DNA from: a candidate division FCPU426 bacterium | GTDB lineage: Bacteria > Oederibacteriota > Muellerivitia > Muellerivitales > Muellerivitaceae | NCBI GenBank assembly: GCA_963771075.1 | Contig: CAVYSE010000011.1 | Span: 128,001 to 192,000 of the forward strand | Direction of reading: 5' to 3' | Length of the DNA: 64,000 nucleotides | Part shown: piece by piece, positions 9,208 to 19,447 of the stretch | Numbering within the stretch: the first letter of the stretch is position 1 | Layout of the letters: the number at the start of each line of letters is the position of its first letter | Notes under the pieces: generated by a model | Told to the model about the DNA's origin: nothing | The model's input: only the letters and a program-made list of their open reading frames with translations | Database searches by the model: none | Position numbers and translations under genes: made by a program

Positions 9208-11214
9208 TTATTTTTTCTTGGTCTTAACGGCTTTCGGGGCCTTTGTTTCCTTCGAGGCCTTTGCCTCTTGCTCCGCGGCGCTTTTCTGCTTGGTGTGGTT
9301 GAGCAACCCTCCCGCGTTGATAATTTCCTTTTGGCGCTCCGACAGGCTGTGAATGACCTGGATGGACTTGCCGGTGGTGATGTTCTTCAAGGGGAAGGGG
9401 TGCTCACCCTTCATGACCTGCTTCAGGTCGGGGATAGCCAGTTGTTGACCCTGCTCCAGGCCGTCGTAATCTGCTGGCATCACGAAGGTCAGGGGCAGGA
9501 TGCCGAAATTGATCAGGTTGGCCCGGTGAATGCGGGCGAAGCTCTTGGAGATTACGGCCTTAACCCCCAGGTACATGGGCGCCAAGGCGGCATGCTCGCG
9601 CGAGGAACCCTGTCCGTAATTATCCCCCCCGATCACGAAGCCGCCATTGGCTTCCTTGGCGCGCTTGGAAAAGGTGGGGTCCACCCCCTCGAACACAAAC
9701 TCGGAGATCTTGGGGATATTGGAACGGAAGGGTAGCACCTTCGATCCCGCCGGCATGATGTGGTCGGTCGTGATGTTATCCCCGACCTTCAGCAGGAGTA
9801 CACCCTCCAGGCTTTCGCCCAAGGCTTCCTTGACGGGCAGGGGCTTGATATTGGGACCCCGGACCACCTCGACCTTCTTGGGTTCCTTGGCAGGAGGGAG
9901 GATACCCTCATCGTCCCAGGAGAACTTATCGGGAATCTCGATCTTGGGGGCTTTGCCCAGGGTATTGGGATCGGTGATCTTGCCGGTCAGGGCGCAAGCC
10001 ACGCAGGTTTCCGGGGAGGCCAGGTAAACCTTGGCGTCTTTGGTGCCCGAACGGCCCTCGAAATTGCGGTTGAAACTGCGGATCGAAACCGCGCCGGAGG
10101 CAGGGGCTTGGCCCATGCCGATGCAGGGCCCGCAGGCGGATTCCACAATTCGGGCGCCGGAGGCGATGATATCGGCCAAGGCCCCGTTCTTGGCGATCAT
10201 CTCGAAAACCTGCTTGGAGCCGGGGGTCACCGTCATGGAGACATTGGGGTGGATATGCTTGCCCTTTAGTATTTTGGCCACGGCCATCAGGTCCCGGTAG
10301 GAACTGTTGGTACAGCTCCCCACGCAAACCTGGGCGACTTCCACGTTCTTGAGCTTGGAAACCTCGATTACGTTATCCGGGCTGTGGGGCTGGGCGATCA
10401 GGGGTTCCAGTTTATTCAGGTCGATGATCATTTCCTCGTCGTAGGTGGCGCCGGCGTCGGCCGCCAGGGGGGTCCAATCCTTACCCCGGCCCTGGGCCTT
10501 CATATATACGCGGGTGTTCTCGTCGGAGGGGAAAATCGAGGTGGTGGCGCCCAATTCCGCCCCCATATTGGTGATGGTTCCCCTTTCGGTGGCCGAAAGG
10601 CTTTTCACGCCGGGACCGGTATATTCCAATATCTTGCCCACTCCGCCCTTGACGGTCAGGCGGCGTAAAACCTCCAAAATGATGTCCTTGGCGGTGGTCC
10701 AGGGCTTTAATTTACCCTTTAACTCCACCCGAAGGACCTTGGGCATGGTCATATAGAAGGGTCCTCCGCCCATGGCGACCGCCACATCCAGGCCCCCCGC
10801 GCCAATGGCCAGCATGCCCAACCCGCCGCAAGTGGGGGTATGGGAATCGGAGCCCAAAAGGGTATCTCCGGGCACGGCAAACCTTTCCAGGTGCACCTGG
10901 TGGCAAATGCCGTTGCCGGGGCGGGAGAAATAAATGCCGTGCTTGGAAGCAACGGATTGCAGGTAACGGTGGTCGTCCGCGTTCTCAAAACCGGTTTGGA
11001 GCATGTTATGGTCGACGTAAGAGACGGAAAGTTTGGTTTGGACCTTGGGGATGCCCATGGCCTCGAATTGGAGGTAAGCCATGGTCCCGGTAGCGTCCTG
11101 GGTGAGGGTTTGGTCGATCCGGATGCCGATTTCCTCACCCGCGGCGGGTTTTCCCGTGACTAAATGCTGGTGGATGATCTTTTGGACAAGATTTAAACGT
11201 TCCTTGGACGACAT
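9208..11214 (-). CDS. Aconitate hydratase (short, mitochondrial-like type)
   Basis: DQTLTQDATG, GICHQVH, GSDSHT, GSCTN, CGPCIG, NRNFEGR, ITTDHI, GSSREH; GGAGG RBS before ATG 11214. Confidence 0.95.
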   Translation of the reverse strand: MSSKERLNLVQKIIHQHLVTGKPAAGEEIGIRIDQTLTQDATGTMAYLQFEAMGIPKVQTKLSVSYVDHNMLQTGFENADDHRYLQSVASKHGIYFSRPGNGICHQVHLERFAVPGDTLLGSDSHTPTCGGLGMLAIGAGGLDVAVAMGGGPFYMTMPKVLRVELKGKLKPWTTAKDIILEVLRRLTVKGGVGKILEYTGPGVKSLSATERGTITNMGAELGATTSIFPSDENTRVYMKAQGRGKDWTPLAADAGATYDEEMIIDLNKLEPLIAQPHSPDNVIEVSKLKNVEVAQVCVGSCTNSSYRDLMAVAKILKGKHIHPNVSMTVTPGSKQVFEMIAKNGALADIIASGARIVESACGPCIGMGQAPASGAVSIRSFNRNFEGRSGTKDAKVYLASPETCVACALTGKITDPNTLGKAPKIEIPDKFSWDDEGILPPAKEPKKVEVVRGPNIKPLPVKEALGESLEGVLLLKVGDNITTDHIMPAGSKVLPFRSNIPKISEFVFEGVDPTFSKRAKEANGGFVIGGDNYGQGSSREHAALAPMYLGVKAVISKSFARIHRANLINFGILPLTFVMPADYDGLEQGQQLAIPDLKQVMKGEHPFPLKNITTGKSIQVIHSLSERQKEIINAGGLLNHTKQKSAAEQEAKASKETKAPKAVKTKKK

Positions 11215-11475
11215 GCGGTTCCTCCATGGATTAAAAATGGATTGGTTGGAATCTCCCCTGAGGACTACGTAAAATGAATAAAGGACAAGAGGTAGGGGCT
11301 CATTATGAAACGGCCCGAACCCCCAATTCAACTCTTTATCGCACCCTGAAAGCTCCGAATTCAATGAATTTGCGGTGTTTAGGGCCAGCCAGCCCGGGGT
11401 TTCCGATTTACTTCCAACTGTCAGCTTTATTTTTACGGAATCAAACCCTAAGTTAGTTCTTGAGGAAAAGAACCG

Positions 11476-11688
11476 ATGAACCAAACCGTCCTTTGGATCG
11501 AGGGAATGACCTGCGGGCATTGCGTGAGTACCGTCCAAAGGGTCTTGTCCTCCCAACCGAACGTTCAACAAGTCCAGGTCAGTCTTTCCGATAAAAAAGC
11601 AATACTTCACCATTCCGAACCTTTTGATTCAACCCAAGCGATCCAAGCAGTTCAGTTGGAAGGCTTCAAGGCGGGCCTTATCCCGTGA
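11476..11688 (+). CDS. copZ: Copper chaperone (HMA domain)
   Basis: IEGMTCGHC; overlaps the ATPase start. Confidence 0.9.
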   Translation: MNQTVLWIEGMTCGHCVSTVQRVLSSQPNVQQVQVSLSDKKAILHHSEPFDSTQAIQAVQLEGFKAGLIP

Positions 11689-13931
11689 ATCCCCGCCCTT
11701 CCCCCACCCTTGAGCAGGAGATCCCCAATCCATTTGAAAAGGGTGTCCTATTAAAGGGGGGAGAAACGCCCCCCCTTCTTATTTTTTCAGTGGAAGGCAT
11801 GACCTGCGCATCCTGCGCGACGAGGGTGGAGGGAAAATTAAAGGCCGTTTCCGGCGTGACGGAAGCCACGGTCAATTTCGCCAGCCAAAAAGCATATGTC
11901 CGGATGAAAGGCGGCACGGAGGGGACCGGACCCCTGATCCAGGCGGTGGAGAAGGCCGGTTATGGATTAAAACCCTTCCGGGCCGAGAAAAAATCCCACG
12001 ACCACTACCGCGTCGAGCGGATGCGCCTGGGTTGGCGGGTTTTCTCGGGCGGGCTCCTGGTTTCCCTTTTCCTCTTGGAACATTTGTTCATGTGGTTTCT
12101 CCCCATCGCCCTGACCGCGAGGGAACAGCTGCTTTTGGCACTGCCCCTTTGGCTGGTCGTGGGCGGGCCTTTCCACCAAAAGGCCCTCTTGGACCTGCGC
12201 CATGGGGAGGCCACCATGGATACCTTGGTATCCCTGGGGTCCACTGTGGCCTTCCTCGCTTCTCTTCCGGCGGTGTTCACCTCCAAGGGGCCCGTCTATT
12301 TCGAGGCCGCGGGCTTCATCGTCTTTTTCGTGGCCCTGGGCCGCTACCTGGAAATCCTTTCCCGGGAAAAGGTGAATCGGGCCCTGGAGTTCCTGCTTGA
12401 CCTTCAGCCCCCGATCGCGCACGTGGTGCGCGCCACCCACCAGGAAGACCTGCCGGTCGAGCGGGTCATGCCGGGGGATACGGTTTGCGTGAGGCCCGGC
12501 GAGACCATTCCGGTGGACGCCGAGATCGAGGAAGGAAGGGGCCAGGTGGATGAGGCCCTCCTGACGGGGGAGTCCGAACCCGTGATCAAAATGCGGGGGG
12601 ACCGTGTATTCGCGGGCACGCTGAATGGGACCCAGACACTGATCCTCAGGGCCCGGTTCGTGGGCGAAACGACCGCCCTGGCGAGGATCGTTCGACTGGT
12701 GGAAGAGGCCCAGGAATCCAAGGCGCCGGCCCAGAAGCTTGCGGACAAGGTGGCGGGGGTATTCGTTCCTTCCGTTGTCGTTTTGGCCCTCTTGACCCTT
12801 TTGGGTTGGATGCTCGTGCCGGCCGGAAGCTTCACCCTGGGCTTGTACCATGCCATCGCGGTGCTGGTGATCGCCTGTCCCTGCGCCTTAGGCCTGGCGA
12901 CCCCCGTCGCCCTGATGGTGGGAATTGGGGTCGCGGCGAAAAGAGGGATCTTAATCCGGCGCGCGGAGGTTTTGGAAAAATCCCGGGAAATCAATGCCAT
13001 CGTATTCGACAAGACTGGAACCTTGACCGAAGGTAAACCCCGCCTGGTGGACCTGGTTCCCCTGGAGGGTTGGAGCGAGGAAAAGTTATTGCGCTATGCG
13101 GGCGCCCTGGAAAAGTACACCAACCATCCACTTGCCTTTTCCATTCTGAAGGAAGTCATGGTCCTGGACCTGCTCCTTCCCAATGCTGAAAATGTCCAGG
13201 AAATACCGGGTGCCGGCATCCATGGGTTGGTGGAAGGCCACGAGGTCGCCATTGGGACGAAAGCCTTTGTGGAGTCTTTGGAGGGGGTGGTGGCTTCCCC
13301 CCAGGCGAGGGCCAACTCCGAAGCCTACCGGCAGGGAGGGCAAACCGTGTCCCTGCTCGCGGTGGACCGGAAGATCGCGGGCCTTTTTATCATGGAAGAT
13401 CCCCTGAGGGCGAATTCCGCCGAGGTCGTGTGGAAGTTGAAGGCCCTTGGTCTGGACATCCACCTCTTGACCGGGGATGGGGAAGTAGCCGCCCGCCGCC
13501 TGGGGGAACGGCTTGGGATCGTCCACGTGCAGGCCCATATGGGGCCCGGTGGAAAAATGGACTTCGTGAGGGAACTCCAGTCGCTGGGACTGAAAGTCGC
13601 CATGGTCGGGGATGGTTTCAACGACGCGGCGGCCTTGACCGCCTCCGATCTGGGGATCGCCATGGGAACGGGCACGGATGTGGCGAAAGAGTCCGGTGAC
13701 ATGGTTCTGGTGAAAAGCGACCTGCGGAAGGTGGTGGAAGCGATCCAAATTTCCAGGGCCACCTTCCGGGTGATCCGACAAAACCTAATCTGGGCCTTTG
13801 GCTATAACCTGCTGGCCCTTCCCTTGGCGGTATTCGGTTCCGTCCCCCCCTCCTGGGCGGCGCTGGCCATGTCCTTCTCCTCCCTTTCGGTGGTGCTGAA
13901 CGCCATGAGGCTTTACCGGAAGAAGTTCTAA
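11685..13931 (+). CDS. copA: Cu(I)-exporting P1B-type ATPase
   Basis: GMTCASC, TGES, CPCALGLATP, DKTGT, HP, GDGFND, YN, MSFSS. Confidence 0.95.
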   Translation: MNPRPSPTLEQEIPNPFEKGVLLKGGETPPLLIFSVEGMTCASCATRVEGKLKAVSGVTEATVNFASQKAYVRMKGGTEGTGPLIQAVEKAGYGLKPFRAEKKSHDHYRVERMRLGWRVFSGGLLVSLFLLEHLFMWFLPIALTAREQLLLALPLWLVVGGPFHQKALLDLRHGEATMDTLVSLGSTVAFLASLPAVFTSKGPVYFEAAGFIVFFVALGRYLEILSREKVNRALEFLLDLQPPIAHVVRATHQEDLPVERVMPGDTVCVRPGETIPVDAEIEEGRGQVDEALLTGESEPVIKMRGDRVFAGTLNGTQTLILRARFVGETTALARIVRLVEEAQESKAPAQKLADKVAGVFVPSVVVLALLTLLGWMLVPAGSFTLGLYHAIAVLVIACPCALGLATPVALMVGIGVAAKRGILIRRAEVLEKSREINAIVFDKTGTLTEGKPRLVDLVPLEGWSEEKLLRYAGALEKYTNHPLAFSILKEVMVLDLLLPNAENVQEIPGAGIHGLVEGHEVAIGTKAFVESLEGVVASPQARANSEAYRQGGQTVSLLAVDRKIAGLFIMEDPLRANSAEVVWKLKALGLDIHLLTGDGEVAARRLGERLGIVHVQAHMGPGGKMDFVRELQSLGLKVAMVGDGFNDAAALTASDLGIAMGTGTDVAKESGDMVLVKSDLRKVVEAIQISRATFRVIRQNLIWAFGYNLLALPLAVFGSVPPSWAALAMSFSSLSVVLNAMRLYRKKF

Positions 13932-13936
13932 TCAAT

Positions 13937-13975
13937 AAGCTTTTAGCCGTTAGCGGGTTGCTCTTGGCTAAAAGC
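13937..13975. terminator. Inverted repeat AGCTTTTAGCC/GGCTAAAAGCT after copA
   Basis: 11-bp perfect arms; no clear U-tail. Confidence 0.45.
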
Positions 13976-14097
13976 TAAAATCCAAAAGTCGAAAACTGGA
14001 CACGAACCGAGATGATTCCACCCCTTTTTCGCATTCTTGACGACCCCAGGCATCTTGCCTATCCTACAGCGCAATTCATGTCCGGAAGGAGTTGTCC

Positions 14098-15225
14098 ATG
14101 CGCCGTCTATCCCTTCTTTTGTTGCTGCCTCTTCTTTTGACCCTTTCCTGCGGTCCCAAGTTGAACCCCAACGAGATCCGCATCGGCGAATTCGCCTCCC
14201 TGACCGGATCCCAGGCCACCTTCGGCCAATCCAACCATGAGGGACTGTTGCTGGCTGTTTCCGAGATCAACGCCGCCGGCGGGATCAACGGCAAGAAGCT
14301 GGTGGTGACCACCGTGGATGACCAGGGAAAACCCGAGGAAGCGGCGGTGGCAGTCACCAAACTCGTGAACCAGGATTCTTCCCAGGTCATTGTCGGTGAA
14401 GTGGCCAGCTCCCTTTCCCTGGCGGCGGCGCCCATCTGCCAGAACAATAAGATCCCCATGATCTCCCCCTCCTCCACCAATCCCAAGGTGACCCAGGTCG
14501 GTGACTATATTTTCCGGGTTTGCTTCATCGACCCCTTCCAGGGCCAGGTAATGGCCGATTTCGCCTTCGACAAGCTCAAGGCCAAAACGGCCGCGGTATT
14601 CCGCGACCAAAAGAGCGATTACAGCATGGGATTGGCGGATTTCTTTATCGCCCGCTTCAAGGCCAAGGGCGGAACCATCGTGACGGACCAGAGCTACGTG
14701 CAGGGTGACATCGATTTTAAATCCCAGCTCACCGGAATCCGTTCCGCCCAACCGGACGTGATCTTCGTCCCCGGCTATTACACCGAGGTGGGCCTGATCG
14801 CCCGGCAGGCCCGGGAATTGGGACTCAAACAACCGCTTTTGGGGGGCGACGGGTGGGACTCCCCCAAGCTTTTCGAGATCGGCGGGGCCGCGCTGGACGG
14901 CTGCTACCACTCGGACCATTTCACGGCCCAATCGAACGACCCCATGGTGCAGGCCTACGTCAACAAATACAAAACCGCTTATGGTCACGTGCCGGACGCC
15001 CTGGCCACCCTGGCCTATGACGCGGCGGGGGTTTTGGCCCAGGCTTTGAAGAATACCAAGAGCCTGAAGGGCGAAGACATCCGCGACGCCATTGTTTCCG
15101 TGAAAAACTACCAAGGCGTGACCGGGTCCATCAGCCTCGGCGCCGACCGCAACGCGGTCAAACCCGCCGTGGTTTTGGAGATCGCGGGCGGCAAGGAAGT
15201 TTACGTGGCGACGGTGAATCCCTAA
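14098..15225 (+). CDS. Branched-chain amino acid ABC substrate-binding lipoprotein (LivJ/LivK family)
   Basis: Lipobox LTLSC; INAAGGINGKK; SPSSTNP; FRVCFID; GGDGWDS; YDA. Confidence 0.9.
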   Translation: MRRLSLLLLLPLLLTLSCGPKLNPNEIRIGEFASLTGSQATFGQSNHEGLLLAVSEINAAGGINGKKLVVTTVDDQGKPEEAAVAVTKLVNQDSSQVIVGEVASSLSLAAAPICQNNKIPMISPSSTNPKVTQVGDYIFRVCFIDPFQGQVMADFAFDKLKAKTAAVFRDQKSDYSMGLADFFIARFKAKGGTIVTDQSYVQGDIDFKSQLTGIRSAQPDVIFVPGYYTEVGLIARQARELGLKQPLLGGDGWDSPKLFEIGGAALDGCYHSDHFTAQSNDPMVQAYVNKYKTAYGHVPDALATLAYDAAGVLAQALKNTKSLKGEDIRDAIVSVKNYQGVTGSISLGADRNAVKPAVVLEIAGGKEVYVATVNP

Positions 15226-15446
15226 ACCTGTCATGGATCATCTTCGGGAATAAAGAACTGACAAAAACCGGGCCATTTTTATTTTTGGGCCGAATCGGAG
15301 GACCGGGCGCGGGAATATCGGAAAGAGATTGTGCAGTTTAGAATAATTTACATAGTATTCAACTCAACCGATTGCTTGTTTCCCCATTCCAAGGTTAACT
15401 TAATCTTCCCCCTCCACTTTTCAACTTTTGGGGAAGGAGTTTTCTC

Positions 15447-16721
15447 ATGGGATCAACCCTCGCCAGCAAGGCCGAACCCGCGAATTTCGATTTAAAGGAA
15501 ATCTTGGCGGGTGAAAGGGTGGAAGCCCACTTCCAGCCCTTGGTTTCCCTGAAGCGCCAGTGCGTGGTGGGCCTGGAGGGCCTTTCCCGGGGGATCTTGC
15601 CCGGGAGCCGGGCCCTGATCCCCCCCTACGAGCTTTTCCGCCAGGCCGCCCTCCAGAATTTGGAAATCGAGCTCGACCTGCTTTGCCGCAAAAAAATCCT
15701 GGATTCCTTCCGGAACTTGCACGCCCAGCACCCCGATTACATACTTTCCCTTAACCTGGACGAGTCCGTCCTGGAAATGGGGTTGATCGGATCGGGCCAG
15801 CTGAGGCAGGAAGTTTCCGAAATGGGGTTGAAGCCCTCCAACGTCGCCATCGAGATCGTGGAATACCGGGTGGAGGATCTCAAGGAGCTCCAGCATTTCG
15901 TCGAAAAACTCAGGGATTTTGGCTTCCTGATCGCCCTGGACGACGTGGGAGCGGGGCATTCCAACCTCAACCGCATCCCCCTCATCAAGCCCGATATCCT
16001 GAAGATCGACCGTTACCTGGTGGAAAACCTCCAGGACGATTTTTATAAAAAGGAGATCATCAAATCCATGGTTCGCATGGGACGCCGCCTTGGGACGGTC
16101 ATCATCGCCGAGGGGGTGGAAACCGCCGAGGAAGCCCAAGTGCTCATGGAAATGGACGTGGATATGATCCAGGGCTTTTATTTTTCCAGGCCCCAAAGGC
16201 CCGCCGACCTGAACGAGTCAGGGACCCTGGATAAAGTGAAGGAGGTCGTGCGGGACCATAAAACGCGGTCCCTGGAGCATATGGGGGTCAAACGGCGCAA
16301 CATGAGCCGGTTCCACTCGATCCTCCTGGAAATCCAGGTGGAGCTTTCCGGCCTGGGGGAGGATCGGTTCGGCCCCAAGCTCCAGGAAATGGCGCACCGT
16401 TTTCCCCAGGTGGAGTGTTTTTATGTCCTGGATCACGCGGGCTTCCAGCTCACCGAAAGCGTCCTCAACATGATTCCGGGGGAAAAACGCAATCCCCGGT
16501 TATTCCATCCCTCCCCCCGGGGAACGGATCATACCGCCCGGGATTACTGCTATTACCTGACGGAGGCGGGAACGAACAAGACCAGCTTCCTCACGGAGCC
16601 CTACCTTTCCATGACCTCGGGCAACAGCTGCGTCACCCTTTCCTCCCTTTTCAAGACGGGGGAGGGGACGCCCTTCATCCTTTGCTTGGATATCGATACC
16701 CAGGCGCTTCGGCAGTCCTGA
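15447..16721 (+). CDS. EAL-domain c-di-GMP phosphodiesterase with C-terminal CACHE-like domain (YkuI-like)
   Basis: FQPLV, EGLSR, ALDDVGAGHS, LKIDR, AEGVET, QGFYFSRP; C-terminal TEPYLS. Confidence 0.9.
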   Translation: MGSTLASKAEPANFDLKEILAGERVEAHFQPLVSLKRQCVVGLEGLSRGILPGSRALIPPYELFRQAALQNLEIELDLLCRKKILDSFRNLHAQHPDYILSLNLDESVLEMGLIGSGQLRQEVSEMGLKPSNVAIEIVEYRVEDLKELQHFVEKLRDFGFLIALDDVGAGHSNLNRIPLIKPDILKIDRYLVENLQDDFYKKEIIKSMVRMGRRLGTVIIAEGVETAEEAQVLMEMDVDMIQGFYFSRPQRPADLNESGTLDKVKEVVRDHKTRSLEHMGVKRRNMSRFHSILLEIQVELSGLGEDRFGPKLQEMAHRFPQVECFYVLDHAGFQLTESVLNMIPGEKRNPRLFHPSPRGTDHTARDYCYYLTEAGTNKTSFLTEPYLSMTSGNSCVTLSSLFKTGEGTPFILCLDIDTQALRQS

Positions 16722-16732
16722 AAATTCGGTGG

Positions 16733-17899
16733 TCAGGTTTCCGGTACCAGCTCAATCAGGGTGATCTCCGGGGAAAGGCCGAAACGCACGGGCATTCCCC
16801 AATAGCCCGTGCCCGTGGAAACGTAAAGCTGGCTTGGGCCCTGCCGGAACAAACCCATGTCGTATTTCAAAAAAAGCTTGGCCAAGGACCATTTCAGGAA
16901 CTTGAAACCCAACTGGCCCCCGTGGGTGTGGCCGCTTAAGGTCAATTCCACCCTCCGCCGGACCGATTCCTTGAATAGTTGGGGATTGTGGGCCAGAAGC
17001 ACCGTGGGGATGCCGGGGGGTTTATTCCCCAGGGCCTTTTCGAAATCGGGGGCGAACTCACCGATCATTCCCATCCTTCGGCCGCCCGGGTCGCCAATCC
17101 CCGCCAACCAGAAACTTTCCCCTCCCCGTTTTATTTCCACACCCTCATTTACCAGCATCCGAATCTTGCTGTCCTTCAAGGCCCTCAGGGTCTTCGCAGG
17201 GTTGGCGTAAATGTCATGGTTTCCCAGGATGCCGTATTGGGGCAGGGTTTCGGGAAAAGCGGAGAATCCTTCCAGGAATTTGGGGATATAAAAGGGATCG
17301 TCGTCGGAAATATCCCCGCAAACGGTGAAGAGATCGGGGTTCTCCCGAAGGATGGCTCGGGAGAACCGCCTCAAGCGGGATAAACGGGTAAGGAGTCCGA
17401 CATGGGTGTCGGAGACCATGGCGATTTTATAACCCTTAAACACGCTCCCCAAGCCTGGGATAACGACCCGAACCCTTTCAACGCGGACCATGAAAAGGGT
17501 TTGGAAGAAACCGAAAACGGTGATGAACCCGAGGGTTCCCAAAAAAAGGTTGAAGGGGACCTGGGCAAAGGCCCAGAAGGGATGTCCCCCCCAATGGAAA
17601 ATGAGAAGCCACAGAATGGCCAGGACCAGCAAGAAGAGGGTAGAAAGCAAACTGAGGAAGGTCCAAAAAATGAAAAAAGGAGCAAGTAAAGTCTTCGCCC
17701 ATCGGAATAAAGGGGAGGAATGGCCCCGCAAGATCAGGGGTAAGAGAAGCCAAAGCAGGTTGCCCAGGATGGCGCCCAGCAAGACGATCAGCCAATGCTT
17801 GGGATAAAGGGTATAACCCGCCAAAATGGCGACCGCATTGAGAAGGAAAAAGACGCTGAGTACCAGGTTCCAGATGAGAACGGTGCGGCGTTTGGCCAA
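16733..17899 (-). CDS. Membrane-anchored metallophosphoesterase (YkuE-like)
   Basis: N-terminal TM helices; SDTH, GD, GNHD, AHNP, SGHTHGGQ; GGAGG precedes TTG at 17899. Confidence 0.9.
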   Translation of the reverse strand: MAKRRTVLIWNLVLSVFFLLNAVAILAGYTLYPKHWLIVLLGAILGNLLWLLLPLILRGHSSPLFRWAKTLLAPFFIFWTFLSLLSTLFLLVLAILWLLIFHWGGHPFWAFAQVPFNLFLGTLGFITVFGFFQTLFMVRVERVRVVIPGLGSVFKGYKIAMVSDTHVGLLTRLSRLRRFSRAILRENPDLFTVCGDISDDDPFYIPKFLEGFSAFPETLPQYGILGNHDIYANPAKTLRALKDSKIRMLVNEGVEIKRGGESFWLAGIGDPGGRRMGMIGEFAPDFEKALGNKPPGIPTVLLAHNPQLFKESVRRRVELTLSGHTHGGQLGFKFLKWSLAKLFLKYDMGLFRQGPSQLYVSTGTGYWGMPVRFGLSPEITLIELVPET

Positions 17900-18091
17900 A
17901 AGGACCCTCCGGGAGGTTGAAGAGGCATCATATTCGGGTGGGGGTCGGCCCAAGTCAAGACGGAGAAAACCAACATCCACCACGAAGCCACCCGCCATAA
18001 ATGCTTAATGGAAGGTGGCATGTGTTGGATGTGTCTTTTCGGCGCCGGGACCATTAAAATTCAAAGCATCCTTGGATAATTTAAGGAAGGT

Positions 18092-18994
18092 ATGGAAAGT
18101 TTTTTCCAGCTTTTATTGAACGGATTGGCCCTGGGTTCGATTTATTCCCTCATCGCCCTGGGTTACACGCTCGTTTATGGAATCCTGCGGCTCATCAATT
18201 TCGCCCACGGGGATATCGTGATGGTGGGAGCCTATGCCGGGTTGTTTACCGCCACAGCCTTGAACGCCGGGGACCATCCCAGTTTGGTTAAATTTCTTCT
18301 CATCCTTCTCGCGTCCATGATCGTTTCGGGTTTGCTGGGCTATTGGATCGAGCGCCTGGCCTACCGGCCCTTAAGGAACGTGCCAAGATTGAACCTGCTC
18401 ATCACCGCCGTGGGGGTCTCCCTCCTTTTGGAAAATCTGGGGCAGGTGATCTTTGGCGCCACGCCGAGGGTTTTCCCCGACATTATGCCGGAAACTTCCA
18501 TCTTTCAATTCGGCCCCATCTCCATCACCAACCACCAAATGACCGTCTTCGGCACGGCCTTAGTTTTAATGATCGTGCTGGAATGGATCGTCCTGAAAAC
18601 CAAACTGGGACGGGCCATGAGGGCCGTTTCCCATTCCCACGAGGTAGCCTCATTGGTCGGCATCCCGACGGATAAAATAATATCCTTCACCTTCATCATC
18701 GGTTCGGTCCTGGCGGCGGCGGCCGGCATCCTGGTAGGAGTTTCCTATCCACGGGTGGACCCCCTGATGGGGGTCATGATCGGCATCAAGGCCTTCGTGG
18801 CGGCGGTATTGGGGGGCATCGGCAGCATCCGAGGTGCGGTCGTGGGAGGGTTCGTGATGGGCGTGGCCGAATCGATGGTAGCGGGTTACGGGGGTTCCAC
18901 TTACCGGGATGCCCTGGCATTCGCCATTTTGATTCTCATCCTGGTGTTCAAGCCCGCCGGATTGTTCGGCAAGTACCAGCCGGAGAAAGTGTGA
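18092..18994 (+). CDS. livH: Branched-chain amino acid ABC permease
   Basis: INFAHGD, TKLGRAMRA, KAFVAAVLGGIG, KPAGLFG. Confidence 0.93.
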   Translation: MESFFQLLLNGLALGSIYSLIALGYTLVYGILRLINFAHGDIVMVGAYAGLFTATALNAGDHPSLVKFLLILLASMIVSGLLGYWIERLAYRPLRNVPRLNLLITAVGVSLLLENLGQVIFGATPRVFPDIMPETSIFQFGPISITNHQMTVFGTALVLMIVLEWIVLKTKLGRAMRAVSHSHEVASLVGIPTDKIISFTFIIGSVLAAAAGILVGVSYPRVDPLMGVMIGIKAFVAAVLGGIGSIRGAVVGGFVMGVAESMVAGYGGSTYRDALAFAILILILVFKPAGLFGKYQPEKV

Positions 18995-19006
18995 GAGGAA
19001 TCGAAC

Positions 19007-19312
19007 ATGCCCTTTGAAAGATGCGTCGGGCTGGAAATCGGGAACGAGGAACTCTACAAACAATACCGTGAGGCCATAGCCCCTATCCTCGCCCGCTACG
19101 GCGGGGCGTTCCGTTATGACTTTAAGGTGTGCGAGGTTTTGAAATCCGAAACCCCCGCACCCATTAATCGGGTGTTTTTTCTCACCTTCAAGGACCGGGA
19201 AACCCACGACGGTTTCTTCGCGGACCCGGAGTACAAGCAAATCCGGGAAAAGTTTTTCAAACCATCCGTTCTTAATTCAACTTTACTAGGCGGTTATGAA
19301 CGAAATGCTTGA
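19007..19312 (+). CDS. DUF1330-like small protein
   Basis: YKQYR..IAPILARYGG, FFADPEYKQIR. Confidence 0.75.
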   Translation: MPFERCVGLEIGNEELYKQYREAIAPILARYGGAFRYDFKVCEVLKSETPAPINRVFFLTFKDRETHDGFFADPEYKQIREKFFKPSVLNSTLLGGYERNA

Positions 19313-19324
19313 TATACCCAATAT

Positions 19325-19424
19325 CCTCTCTCCTTCTCCCCTTGAGGGAGAAGGTTTGGATGAGGGGGATATTTCTCTCGCAAGGCACCCCTCACCCTAT
19401 CCCTCTCCCTCAAGGGGCGAGGGA
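19325..19424. repeat. Paired GC-rich REP-like element (CCCTCACCCT.TCCCTCTCCC...GGG..AGGG type)
   Basis: Two inverted sub-palindromic units around a short spacer, between the DUF1330 gene and livM. Confidence 0.75.
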
Positions 19425-19447
19425 AGCTGGAAAGAATCAGGCAATAA

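Noticed and set aside
11215..11613. Long N-terminal extensions in the ORF track (aconitase; also acs, hemerythrin, coxA, DUF2249)
   Set aside because: They overlap other genes or promoters; internal ATGs fit better, most with a clear RBS.
14107..15234. Long antisense ORFs (also 56242-57225, 60731-61639, 11967-12851)
   Set aside because: Shadows of GC-rich genes on the opposite strand, with no motifs.
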